This document shows, one piece after another, positions 1 through 9,700 of a stretch of 35,737 bases of DNA. The notes under the pieces were generated by a model. It saw nothing but the letters and a program-made list of their open reading frames with translations. It searched no databases and was not told where the DNA came from. This DNA comes from Octopus bimaculoides (taxonomy: Eukaryota), in contig NC_069008.1 of the NCBI RefSeq assembly GCF_001194135.2, forward strand, positions 3,168,967 to 3,204,703, read 5' to 3'. Position 1 is the stretch's first letter. Each line of letters opens with the position of its first letter. The translations under genes were made by a program, and so were the position numbers.

Positions 1-54
1 TATATATATATATATGCATATATATTTATGTGTGTGTAGGAGGTGTCTGTGTGT

Positions 55-290
55 GCATGTTATTGTCTCCTTGCCTTGATATCAAGTGTTAGTTGAAATG
101 AATGTAATCATACAAATGATATCCTTAGTTTATCTTCCATTTCTGGTCACTAGGAATTATTATCTTACTTAAAAACATGTGAGGGCTGGCAATTGGAAGA
201 GCATTCAGCTGTAGAAAATCTGCCTCCACAAATTTCATCTGACCCATGCAAGTATGGAAAAGTGGCCATTAAATCAATGATGATGACAAT
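55..290 (+). mobile_element. Degenerate SINE body plus RTE-type 3' tail
   Basis: Contains gtgagggctggcaattggaagagcattcagctgtagaaaatctgcctc and ends gacccatgcaagtatggaaaagtggccattaaatcaatgatgatga, an RTE-like tail with (TGA)n. A reverse-strand relative lies at ~24870-25070. Confidence 0.6.
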
Positions 291-336
291 AATATTTTCA
301 TTCAGAGTTTAATTTCAATATTGTGTCACCTATAAA

Positions 337-552
337 GGTGGTGAACTGGCAGAATTGTTAGCACTCAGGGCAAAATGCTTAATGGCTTTTCATCCATTTT
401 TACATTCTGAGATCAAATTCCACTGAGGTCGACTTTGCCTTTCGTCCTTTCAGAGTTTATAAAATAAGTGTCAGTTGAGCATTGGGTCAGTCTAATTGGC
501 CTATCCTTTCCCCGAAATTGCTGGCCTTGTACCAAAACTTGGAAGCAATATT
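337..552 (+). mobile_element. tRNA-derived SINE, family A (Meta-domain-like central motif)
   Basis: Head ggtggtgaactggcagaattgttagc; body ttctgagatcaaattccactgaggtcgactttgcctttcgtcctttcagagtttataaaataag. Same family occurs repeatedly at 5681-6780. Confidence 0.8.
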
Positions 553-1020
553 GTGTCTTGTATAGAGAAACACGATTGCTTTGCCAGTTTAATAATGCTC
601 ATCTGTTGCAAACTTATACAATCATGTGTAATTTTTTTTTTGTTCCAACTGAAAGTAAACCTGTATGTGTGTATGTAAACTCCTCTGCATACAGAGAATT
701 CTCCTTCCCACCCCCAACATAATCTAAGCAGCAGTAGCTTGTACATATTGCCTTTTTTGTTAAACAGTTCTAAAACACTTAATGTATTGTAACTAATCAA
801 TGACCACACTGTAAACACTCCAAATACTTTTAACTTGTTGTGATACCTTTGTTAGTAAAACATGCTGTTGTAATGTTTAAATATTGCTTTTGCATTTGTT
901 GTTTGGCTAAACTCTCATTTTCAACTACATTCATGTCAGCAAATGTTTCTTGTATTTTTTGGAATTTTAACATCAAATTACTCACCTACTCACTCATAAT
1001 AAAAAATTAGTTTCGTGCAG

Positions 1021-1310
1021 TCATCATCATCATTGTTTAACGTCTACCTCCCATGCTGGCATGGGTTGGATGGTTTGACAGGAGCTGGCCAGCCAGGGGC
1101 CTGCACCATGCTTCTGCGTCTGTTTTGGCATGGTTTTTACAGCTGGATGCTCTTCCTAACACCAACCACTCTGTGGAGTGGGTTAAGTGTTTTTTTATGT
1201 GGCACTCGCACAGGTGAGGTCAGTTTAGGCATGGCTTTTACAGCTGGATGCCCTTCCAAATGCCAATCACTTTATAGTGTAGACTGGGTGCTTTTTAAGT
1301 GGAACCTACA
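1021..1310 (-). mobile_element. RTE-type 3' end fragment
   Basis: Begins (cat)n-tgtttaacgtc...ccatgctggcatgggttggatggtttgac, the same terminus as 26595 and 31297. Motif acagctggatgc.cttcc occurs twice. Confidence 0.75.
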
Positions 1311-1514
1311 CTTAATTGGTATTTTAGTTATTTATCCTGAAGAAAGAAAAGGCAAAGTTGGTCTCAGCAATATTTGAACCCAAAGCACAGAGAAAAGAAT
1401 GAGTTCCCAAGTAACTTTGCAAAACAAAGAATCTTTGAGAGGGGAAGGGGCATTAGAGGAGGTGATCTTGTGTCAAATGATGAATGGTTAGAATGTGACA
1501 GAGAAACAGAAACA

Positions 1515-1779
1515 GATGTCCTGCTGCAAAGAAGGTTCCTGGTTACCCAGTTAGGGAGAGTAAGAGAGAGAAAGAAAGAGTGTGAGAGTTAACAAGAATG
1601 TGGGTAGAAACAGGTGTGCTGCTGAGGAGGAGGGACATGGTTACTTAAAGAGAGAGGGAGAGTTAACAAGAAAGAAGTGTGCTGCTGTAAAGGAGATACA
1701 TAGTTACCTAGCAAGAGAAGGAGGGAGAGAGAGTGATCAAAAATGAGGGCAGAAACCGGTTTGTTAGTGTAGAGGAGAT

Positions 1780-1812
<33 letters not shown>
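1515..1812. repeat. GA-rich imperfect ~72-bp tandem repeat followed by A31 tract
   Basis: gagagttaacaagaa starts at 1584 and 1658; gtgtgctgctg...acat.gttac recurs; poly(A) at 1782-1812. Confidence 0.6.
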
Positions 1813-1816
<4 letters not shown>

Positions 1817-1965
1817 GGATATTTAACACATGTTTCAAGATTCACAAGACCTGCTTGAAATAATAGGCATATGTCCTTCAAATTCCTTGGAGAAGGAAAA
1901 GAGAAGCAACTTATATATCCAATCTCTGGTCAGAAATCTCAGTCATTTTGGTCAATCTTATTATT

Positions 1966-2506
1966 ACTCTTTTACTTGTCTCAGTCATTTAACTGTGGTC
2001 ATACTGAAGCAGCGTCTTTAGTTGACCAAATCAACCCCAGGACTTACTCTATCAGTTTCTTTTGCCGAACCGCTAAGTTATGGGGACGTAAACACACCAG
2101 CATCGGTTGTCAAGTGATGCTGGGGGGACAAACACAGACACACAAACATATACACATACATACATACATAATATATATATATATATATANNNNNNNNNNN
2201 NNNNNNNNNNNNNNNNNNNNNNNNNNNNNNNNNNNNNNNNNNNNNNNNNNNNNNTTAAGCAAAATAATATATTCCTCTATACACAATCATATAAAAAAAT
2301 CCACCTTTTTTTTGTATTTATTTTTACTCGCATATATATATATATATATACGACGGGCTTCTTTCAGTTTCCGTCTGCCAAATCCACTCACAAGGCTTTG
2401 GTCAGCCCGAGACTATAGTAGAAGACACTTGCCCAAGGTGCCATGCAGTGGGACTGAACCATGTGGTTGGTAAGCAAGCTACTTACCACACAGCCACTCC
2501 TACGCC
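1966..2506 (-). mobile_element. tRNA-derived SINE, family B (CORE-like, internal microsatellite)
   Basis: Minus strand reads ggcgtaggagtggctgtgtggtaagtagcttgcttaccaaccacatggttcagtcccactgcatggcaccttgggcaagtgtcttctactatag, then an internal (TA)/(TG) tract containing the N-gap 2190-2254, then a tail ending aaaagagtaa. Relatives at 13620 and 20710. Confidence 0.85.
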
Positions 2507-2734
2507 TATGTATATATTTTTATCCTCCTTCTAATCTTTCTTTGTTCTCCTTTCTTTCACTCATTCTTACTTTCCTTCCTTGCATAGAATGTAGTAAAAG
2601 GATTGGTGGGGCTGTGATATGAATGTTCTTTTCTTAGCTTTACATGTTACTGGTCACAAGGGAGAGGGAGGAAGGGAAGGGAGAGAGTGAGAAAGGGAAA
2701 GGGAGGGAGAGACAGAGAGAACGAAAGAAAATCA

Positions 2735-2890
2735 CTCCAAGTACTTGATTGGTATTTTAATTATTGATCCTGAAGAAAGAAAAGGCAAAGTTGGTCTCAG
2801 CAATATTTGAACCCAAAGCACAGAAGAAACTGGAACAAATATTGGAAGGTATTCTAACTGCCGCTCTAACAACTCTACCAAAATACCACC
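2735..2890 (-). mobile_element. Degenerate family A SINE
   Basis: Reverse complement ggtggtattttggtagagttgttagagc...tgggttcaaatattgctgagaccaactttgccttttctttcttcaggatcaataattaaaatacc aligns to family A. Confidence 0.65.
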
Positions 2891-3535
2891 CTTGTTTCTG
2901 AATACAAGTTGCAAGTGATTGTATCCTACATTAAAATCATCATCTATTAAGCTATCAGAATTGATATCTTATTAAATAATTTGCAGTCTTATTATAACCA
3001 TTATAACCAATATGTTAAAGCTTTGCATAGTTATGATATTCTTAAATTAGCATAGCTTATCGGTAGTTATGAACTCATTTCTCAATAGATACTGGATGAT
3101 TGAATAAATTCTCTTAAGGAGTAGCTATTATATGCTTATGAAAGCTTACAATTCACCCCGCCATATCACATTTTGAACTTAATTCTTTCATGAATCACTT
3201 GAGATCATAACTCTAGTGTTCAGCTCCAGATTCTCTGGTATTAAGTAGGTGAATAATAAACCTCTCTTTGAATACAGCTCTATTACAGATAATTTCCCCC
3301 CGAAGTTTGGAATCTGTTGTTCAGTTGAACAAACTGAGGCAGCCTTGTTCAGAGATATAATAAAATGTCTCTTGCTTGATACAAACCTATTTTTATTTGC
3401 TCAGTCACTTCACATCTTCACGTATTTTTATTATCTTTCTGAAGGAGTAGCTATGATAAAATTCTTAAATTATTCTGTTTCTTTTCAGGTGGATGTTATG
3501 GGTATTTGTGAACTGTTGTGAATTAATATTTCACC

Positions 3536-3635
3536 ATGTCGAAATCTGTGCAAAGTTCTCGAATGGAGACGGAGGCTGTACGAGATCTTGGTACATTTGT
3601 ACACAGTCATACTACAAGTGACGCTGATATTCAAG
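3536..3635 (+). CDS. Putative first coding exon of SLC4-like gene (exon 3489-3635; MSKSVQSSRMETEAVRDLGTFVHSHTTSDADIQ, phase 1)
   Basis: Strong acceptor ttctgtttcttttcAG at 3487-88; accATG at 3536 with in-frame upstream TAA at 3524; donor G/GTATGT at 3636; joins exon 4874 in frame. Confidence 0.65.
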
Positions 3636-4097
3636 GTATGTCTAATGATTAAAATTATATTCTCAATATTTCCTTTTTTCTTTTCTTTCTATGAAGTGTA
3701 AGGTGTTTTATGATTTGTATAGAGGATTAAAAAAGTTTAAAATAACTAACTGGCTGTGTATATATGGCATGCAGTAACCTGGCAGAATCGTTTGAATGCT
3801 GGGCAAAATGCTTAGCAGCATTTTAAAAGACTAGCGTCATTAATGTTATGAAACTAAACTACTCATGAAAGCCCATCAATGTATTGGAAGCATTTATACT
3901 GTTTTTACTGATCTGTGATATGGGAATAACCAATCAAATTCTTGCAGGAAGCCTACAGCTCTTACACTTTAGCTGTGCTAACCTTCAGACTATCTTTGGA
4001 ATCATGCAGGACTTGGTCATATGAGACACAGAGAATAGTCAAGATATACCATGTTCATTTGTTCTCCAGCGTGTTCTTGAAAGGTAGCTGTTGCTGT

Positions 4098-4260
4098 TTA
4101 ACCCTTTTGTTACCATATTTCTGTTGAGATGCTCTGTGTTTCTTTCAATTAATTTTAAATATAACTAAGAATTTAGTAAAATAACTTAGTTATCATTAAG
4201 CTAGTGTTAGGTACATAAATTGTGACGAAGGTTTGGTGGAAGATTTTAGTTCAGAACTTG
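4098..4260. mobile_element. Truncated TTAA-type (piggyBac-like) MITE
   Basis: TTAA-CCCTTTTGTTACCATATT terminus shared with the element at 18846; no right TIR found. Confidence 0.55.
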
Positions 4261-4873
4261 AATCCAGCCACAATTGTCATATCTTTCTATATATACATTG
4301 AGAATAGTGTCTTTCATTTTTTTTTTTAAATGGCTATGTGATTTAAAGGATATATGGCTGCTATTTCTGTCAGCCCAAGCTGCCAGGTAGGGGCTTCCTT
4401 GTTGACTGCAAAATAGCTGAGTTGTTGTTTAGTCCCGACTATCCTGTTGTATTTTTAGATTTCATATATTTAGGATTATATTATTCAATAATAGTGGGAA
4501 GAGTGGTAAACAAAATATCTTTTTGGTGTTTAATTATGTCTTTTCATTTTGAGTTCAAATCCCATCAAGATCAGCTTTGCCATTTGTTCTGCTGGGATTG
4601 ATCTAATTCATTATATCCATATGTCAAGGCCTGCCATCTACATACAAAATCCATATTATGGTTGTTTTGTGAGTGCATGTATGTTTGATGTTTCTTTAGT
4701 ACTCTCTTGTTATTTATTTAGTTACCAGGGCTAATTCCATTGTCTGCAGCCTTCCACCTTACCAAAAAAAGAAAAAAAATGTCTACCCCCTCCCAAATCT
4801 TCAGGATTTGATGTTCTTGTGCACATATAAGCAACCATTATTTGACTAATTTATATAATTCTTATCACTTTAG

Positions 4874-4990
4874 ATCACCGTTCTCAAGAAACTGTTTACA
4901 TTGGTCTTCGTGTACCAAGGTCTCGACGGCATCGCAAGAGACATCATAGACATCACCGCAAGGATGAATCCAAGGAACTATTCAAAACAC
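4874..4990 (+). CDS. SLC4: Exon encoding the N-terminal motif of a Na+-coupled SLC4 bicarbonate transporter (NDCBE/NBCn-like): DHRSQETVYIGLRVPRSRRHRKRHHRHHRKDESKELFKT
   Basis: Branch-like CTAAT at 4846-50, acceptor cactttAG at 4872-73, 117 nt phase 1-1, weak donor GTGTGT at 4991. The peptide matches the recalled H-R-x(2-3)-[VIL][YF]-[IV]-G-[VL]-[HR]-VP plus His/Arg tract of SLC4A7/8/10 and fly NDAE1. Orthologue not resolvable. Confidence 0.72.
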
Positions 4991-5274
4991 GTGTGTATAA
5001 TATTCTAATACATTTCACTTGTATTCTACAACTTCTCCATTCAATACCTCTCTTTAAACTGATGGATTTCTTTTTTTACTTTAAGTAAATATACTTAGAA
5101 CTACAAGTGTTGAGCTGACAATGGGCTGAATTCTTGGCATCCCAGTACTTTGTAGTATCTGAAAACATTTAAAAGTATTTTTGGATAATTTTTTTTCCTT
5201 TATAAGATTTGAAGCCAAAATACCTACCTGAGAAATATCATTGTAATATATTTTAACAATGTATTGTTATATGT

Positions 5275-5659
5275 GGAGGTGCAATAGCCCAGTGGTTAGG
5301 GCAGCGGGCTCTCAGTCATAGGATCGCGGATTCGATTCCCAGACCGGGCGTTGTGAGTGTTTATTGAGCGAAAACACCTAAAGCTCCACGTGGCTCTGGC
5401 AGGGGATGGTGGCGAACCCTGCTGTACTCTTTCACCACAACTTTCTCTCACTCTTTCTTCCTGTTTCTGTTGTACCTGTAATTCAAAGAGCCAGCCTTGT
5501 CACACTGTGTCACGCTGAATATCCCCCGAGAACTACTTTGAGAGTACACGTGTCTGTGGAGTGCTCAGCCACTTGCACGTTAATTTTACGAGCAGGCTGT
5601 TCCGTTGATCGGATCAACTGGTACCCTCGACGTTGTAAGCGATGGAGTGCCAACAACAA
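5275..5659 (+). mobile_element. Full-length tRNA-derived SINE, family C, with target-site duplication
   Basis: A-box TAGCCCAGTGG at 5285-95; B-box-like GGATTCGATTCCC at 5328-40; (CAA)n tail; TSD attgttatatgt (5263-74) / attgttatatat (5659-70). Confidence 0.9.
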
Positions 5660-5680
5660 TTGTTATATATTTTCATCATC

Positions 5681-5993
5681 GCCTTTCATTCTTTTGGGGT
5701 CAATAAAATAGGTACCAGTACAAGTACTGGGGTTGATATTGGACTTCTGCCATAATTTGAGACCATTATTATTATTATTATTATAATTATTAAGGCGGTG
5801 ATCTGTCAGAATCGTTAGCACACCAGGCGAAATGCTTAGCAGTATTTCGTCTGCTGCTATGTTCTGAGTTCAAGTTTGCCTTTCATCCTTTCGGGGTTGA
5901 TACATTAAGTACCAGTGAAACATTGGGGGTCGATGTAATTGACTTATCCCCTCCCTGCAAAAATGACTGCCATGAGGCGAAATTTGAAACCAC

Positions 5994-6052
<59 letters not shown>

Positions 6053-6481
6053 CCACCACCACCACCATCATCATCATCAGCAGCAGCAGCAGCACGCCGG
6101 ATGAAATGCTTAGCGGTATTGCCTCCATCACTACATTCTGAGTTCAAATTCCGCCAAGGTCGACTTTACCTTTCATCTTTTCAGGGTTGATTAGATAGTT
6201 GCCAGTTATGCACTGGGGTCAATGTAATCGACTTCCCTTCCCCCAAATTTGAGGCCTTGTGCTTCAAGTAGAAATGATTATTATTACTAAGGTGGCGAGC
6301 TGGGTGGAATGCTTAGCAGTATTTGATCTGCTGCTACGTTCTGAGTTCAAATTCCACCGAGTTCAACTTTGCCTTTCATCCTTTTGGGGTCGATAAATTA
6401 AGTACCAGTGAAATACTGGGGTTGATGTAATTGACTCATCCGCTCCCCCAAAATTGCTGCCCTTCTGATAGAATTTGAAAC

Positions 6482-6523
<42 letters not shown>
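5681..6523 (+). mobile_element. Tandem cluster of four family A SINE copies separated by (ATT)n and (CAT/CAC/CAG)n tails
   Basis: Core matching gcctttcatcctttcggggtcgataaattaagtaccag recurs at ~5681, 5878, 6168 and 6371; heads at 5793, 6093 (truncated) and 6291. Confidence 0.85.
5994..6092. repeat. Compound trinucleotide repeat (CAT)19(CAC)5(CAT)4(CAG)5
   Basis: Read directly; explains the poly-S/I/M/D ORFs in the track. Confidence 0.95.
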
Positions 6524-6524
<1 letters not shown>

Positions 6525-6544
6525 TAATTTTTTCTTTATACTAT

Positions 6545-6780
6545 AGGCACATCGCCTGAAATTTTGGTAGGGAAGGGCTAGTCAATTACATTGATTCCAG
6601 TCCTCCACTTATACTTATTTTATCGACCTCTACAGAATTTTAACTCAGAATGTAAAGAGCCAGAAATGCTGATAAGTATTTCTTCTGGCTCTTTACATTC
6701 TAAGTTCAAATCCTACCGAAGTCATCTTTGTCTTTCAGTCTTTCAAGGTTGATAAAATAAGTAGTACCAGTCAGATACTA
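6545..6780. mobile_element. Inverted pair of family A SINE fragments (minus then plus)
   Basis: Arms 6642-6665 / 6683-6706 (23/24 complementary) and 6612-6629 / 6746-6763 (17/18). Confidence 0.75.
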
Positions 6781-9700
6781 GTTTTTTTGAGGGACTAATA
6801 TGTAGCATTGAATTTACTGGAGGAAAAATATTTTTACAAAAAACACCAAATAGCCATGCCTAATAATATCACAATTTATTATCTGAAAGCCAGTCCCAAC
6901 ATCAATACTGCCAACTGTGGGAGTAATTGATTATTCATCTAATTGAAAGCTTTTGATTGATCTAAATTGATAAAAGTTCTACCATACTTAGGTTTAAATT
7001 CCAAACATTTTGAGTAAAATTGATTGAAAGCACATTTTATTTTGTTGAATGACTATTATTAACATTTCTTATATTAACAGAAAAGCAAATCTTATGTTGT
7101 TCCCCATTCTTTGCATATATAGTATCCTCTACTTGAAAGCTTCCACTAGTTATTTTAATCTTTCTTAAATAAGAGTTTTCTACATGTTTTCAAACTCAAC
7201 CTTATACTTAGTTATATCATAAAAATTATAACTACCTTTGTAATGGTAGTTATGATTCTTCTTATTGTAATAACAGTCATGCCCTGAATTCAGCCAAAAT
7301 TATGTTGTTGATATACAAGTTTAAATTCACTTTAAACTGATTGTCTTTATAAAGCTGAAATCCATCTAATTATGATATATTATTTTTATGTAAAGAACCG
7401 TTTATTTTTTTCTTCATCATTGGTATTTTAAAAATTATTCCAGATATATGTGTTCTTACCTGATTGGCAAACCTTCTGTTTTTTTTTTAAATTCAAACTT
7501 GAGTGCTCTTATCAACTCTTGCATTGTTATTGTATTGGCCTTACTCATCAAAATTCTAATTGTAAACAACCTATATCCTTTGACTCCATCAGTACCAAGT
7601 TTTTATTTTAAATGGTTGTACTAAAAAGCTTGCTCATACTTTGGTTCTTACTCTGGATATCACTCAAACTTACAGCATGTAAATGTTTTCCCTCCTAACA
7701 AGCTAAGTTTTAATAAGTATAAGCCACAAGTTTCTGATGTTTCTTCTGAAACAGTTTCTATATAATATGTGTACAGTATTTTGACTTAACATTTCTATAT
7801 GAGAAAACAAAAAACAAAAAAAAAAAAAACAGGATACTGATGTGATGTTTTCCAGGTTGCGGATATGACCGGGTATGTTTTGTCTGTTGTGTTACACATT
7901 GTTATGTGTACATCTGCAGAGTGTACCTCCGTGTTAACCCAGTAATCTTTCCTTAACAACCATTATTTCCAGAGGTGTATAATAGTAAACTGAACTGAAT
8001 GAAATGCTCCAATACCAAAACTCTTTGCTGTAAAAGTGTTTTTTTTCCTCATCAGTAATTATAAATTATTATCAGGTTTTTACTAATATAATATAAAAGC
8101 CACCTCAGGAACTGTAATAGGTTCATTACTTCAGACAAACTCACCAGATTTCATATTACCCATTTTTTTCTCCATTTTCCTTTTTGTTTTTTTTTTGTTT
8201 TTTTTTGTAAAGAGTAAAACCAAGTCAATGTGTTTATAAATAAATACACATTAAAAATGTGTATTGGAAAATTATACTTTTACAAATGAAGCAAAATGTA
8301 TCTGCTTTGTAAGTCTCAATCTAGTTAATGTGTACTCTTATGATGATTATTAATATTTATATTCAAACTAATTTCCTTTCATTGTCTTACACCATATTTC
8401 AACTGGTTTAAATGAATACCTCAGATTTAACTTTGTTTAGTTCTTGTTTCAGTACTAGAATCATGGGTTATAACCTTGATATCATAATTAGTATAGTTAT
8501 TATTTAACAGATTACTTCTGAGAAATTCTCAGACATATCTATAATATTGGTTTCTTAGCTTGTACTTGGTATAAATGTTTGTATCATATTTCAAAGAATT
8601 TCAAAGATCCACATTTTCATGAAATACAAAATGCATTCACCTCTAAGTTATGGTTGAATAGTTAATGAGAAAAAGGGTTACAAAGGGTTAGTAGCAGTGA
8701 AACAATTACTCCAATTATTGGACTCTGTTGTTGTTTGATTAATGAAGGTTCAGCAGGACACAGCTGCACAGTGTTCTTAGTTTGATGTTTTGCTGTGTTG
8801 TCTCATGTAGGAGTTCAGACCTATACGGGTCTGAAAACCCAGCAAAAACAACGTAACCTAGTTCAAAATGTAAGTAAAGCAATGTCTCTATTGATCTGTA
8901 TGTAAAACAATCTCTCTATCTATCTATCTAATGTCTTATACCAGTTGAATAATGCAAGAGATAAAGTATATGCTAACATTTTTTCTTCTTATCAATTAAA
9001 TTTTTCTTCAAAGGAAGATTTCTTTCTGGCAGATATTTTAAAATAAATAATCATTATAATTTTCTTTAACCATTTGCCTGTCCAAATGATTTTCATATGT
9101 TTGTCCTAAATGTTCATGCTTATTTTCAGGCTTATAGTTAGTCCTTATTTCATATGTTCTTAATAATATAAAGCTTTACTTTTGTAAGTCCCAAGTTACT
9201 CTTGTGGCTGGGGGAAAAAAAAAAAAGGGAATGTGTTATCATATATGATGCATGGACTCAAAGGAAATATGTTCTGTGTATCACATATGACACACAGGAT
9301 GGACAAAGAGTTAATTCTTAAAATTATCACTTGTGAATGATATTTGTTAATCTGATATATATAAATTAAAAATAATTTTTTCTGTTCTATATTTTGACAG
9401 TTTGGGTTTTTTTTATCTACTAAGAATGGTAGGATTAGAAATCTGCATTCTTCTTCAGTGTTGTGATAGGTTTAATTCATTGAAAGTATAATGTAAGTTA
9501 TGGCACTATATTTAAACATCTGGCATAGGTTTAGGATTGTACTCCTTTCACTGATACAGCTAATTTAAAAACAAAACTAGATTGATTATTTAAAACTAAT
9601 TGCACTTTAACATTTGATACTTAAAGATTTATAAATATTATAAATATATTTTTCTCTGAAGTTCTTGCCAATTGTTATAAATCCTGTTATCGATCTATTG

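Noticed and set aside
2255-2335. Extra AT-rich segment inside the family B SINE
   Set aside because: It abuts an N-gap, so an assembly artefact cannot be excluded.
5275-5350. Possible tRNA gene
   Set aside because: A/B boxes are present, but no complete cloverleaf forms and the sequence continues into a SINE body with a TSD.
5883-6190. Poly-Met/Ile/Ser/Asp ORFs
   Set aside because: Translations of the CAT/CAC/CAG repeat flanked by SINE sequence.
5681-6523. Repeat-spacer pattern resembling a CRISPR array
   Set aside because: The units are ~200-bp diverged SINEs with microsatellite spacers, in a eukaryotic context with no cas genes.
8517-8533. 8-bp hairpins here and at 8814-8835
   Set aside because: Stems of this length are expected by chance in 36 kb.
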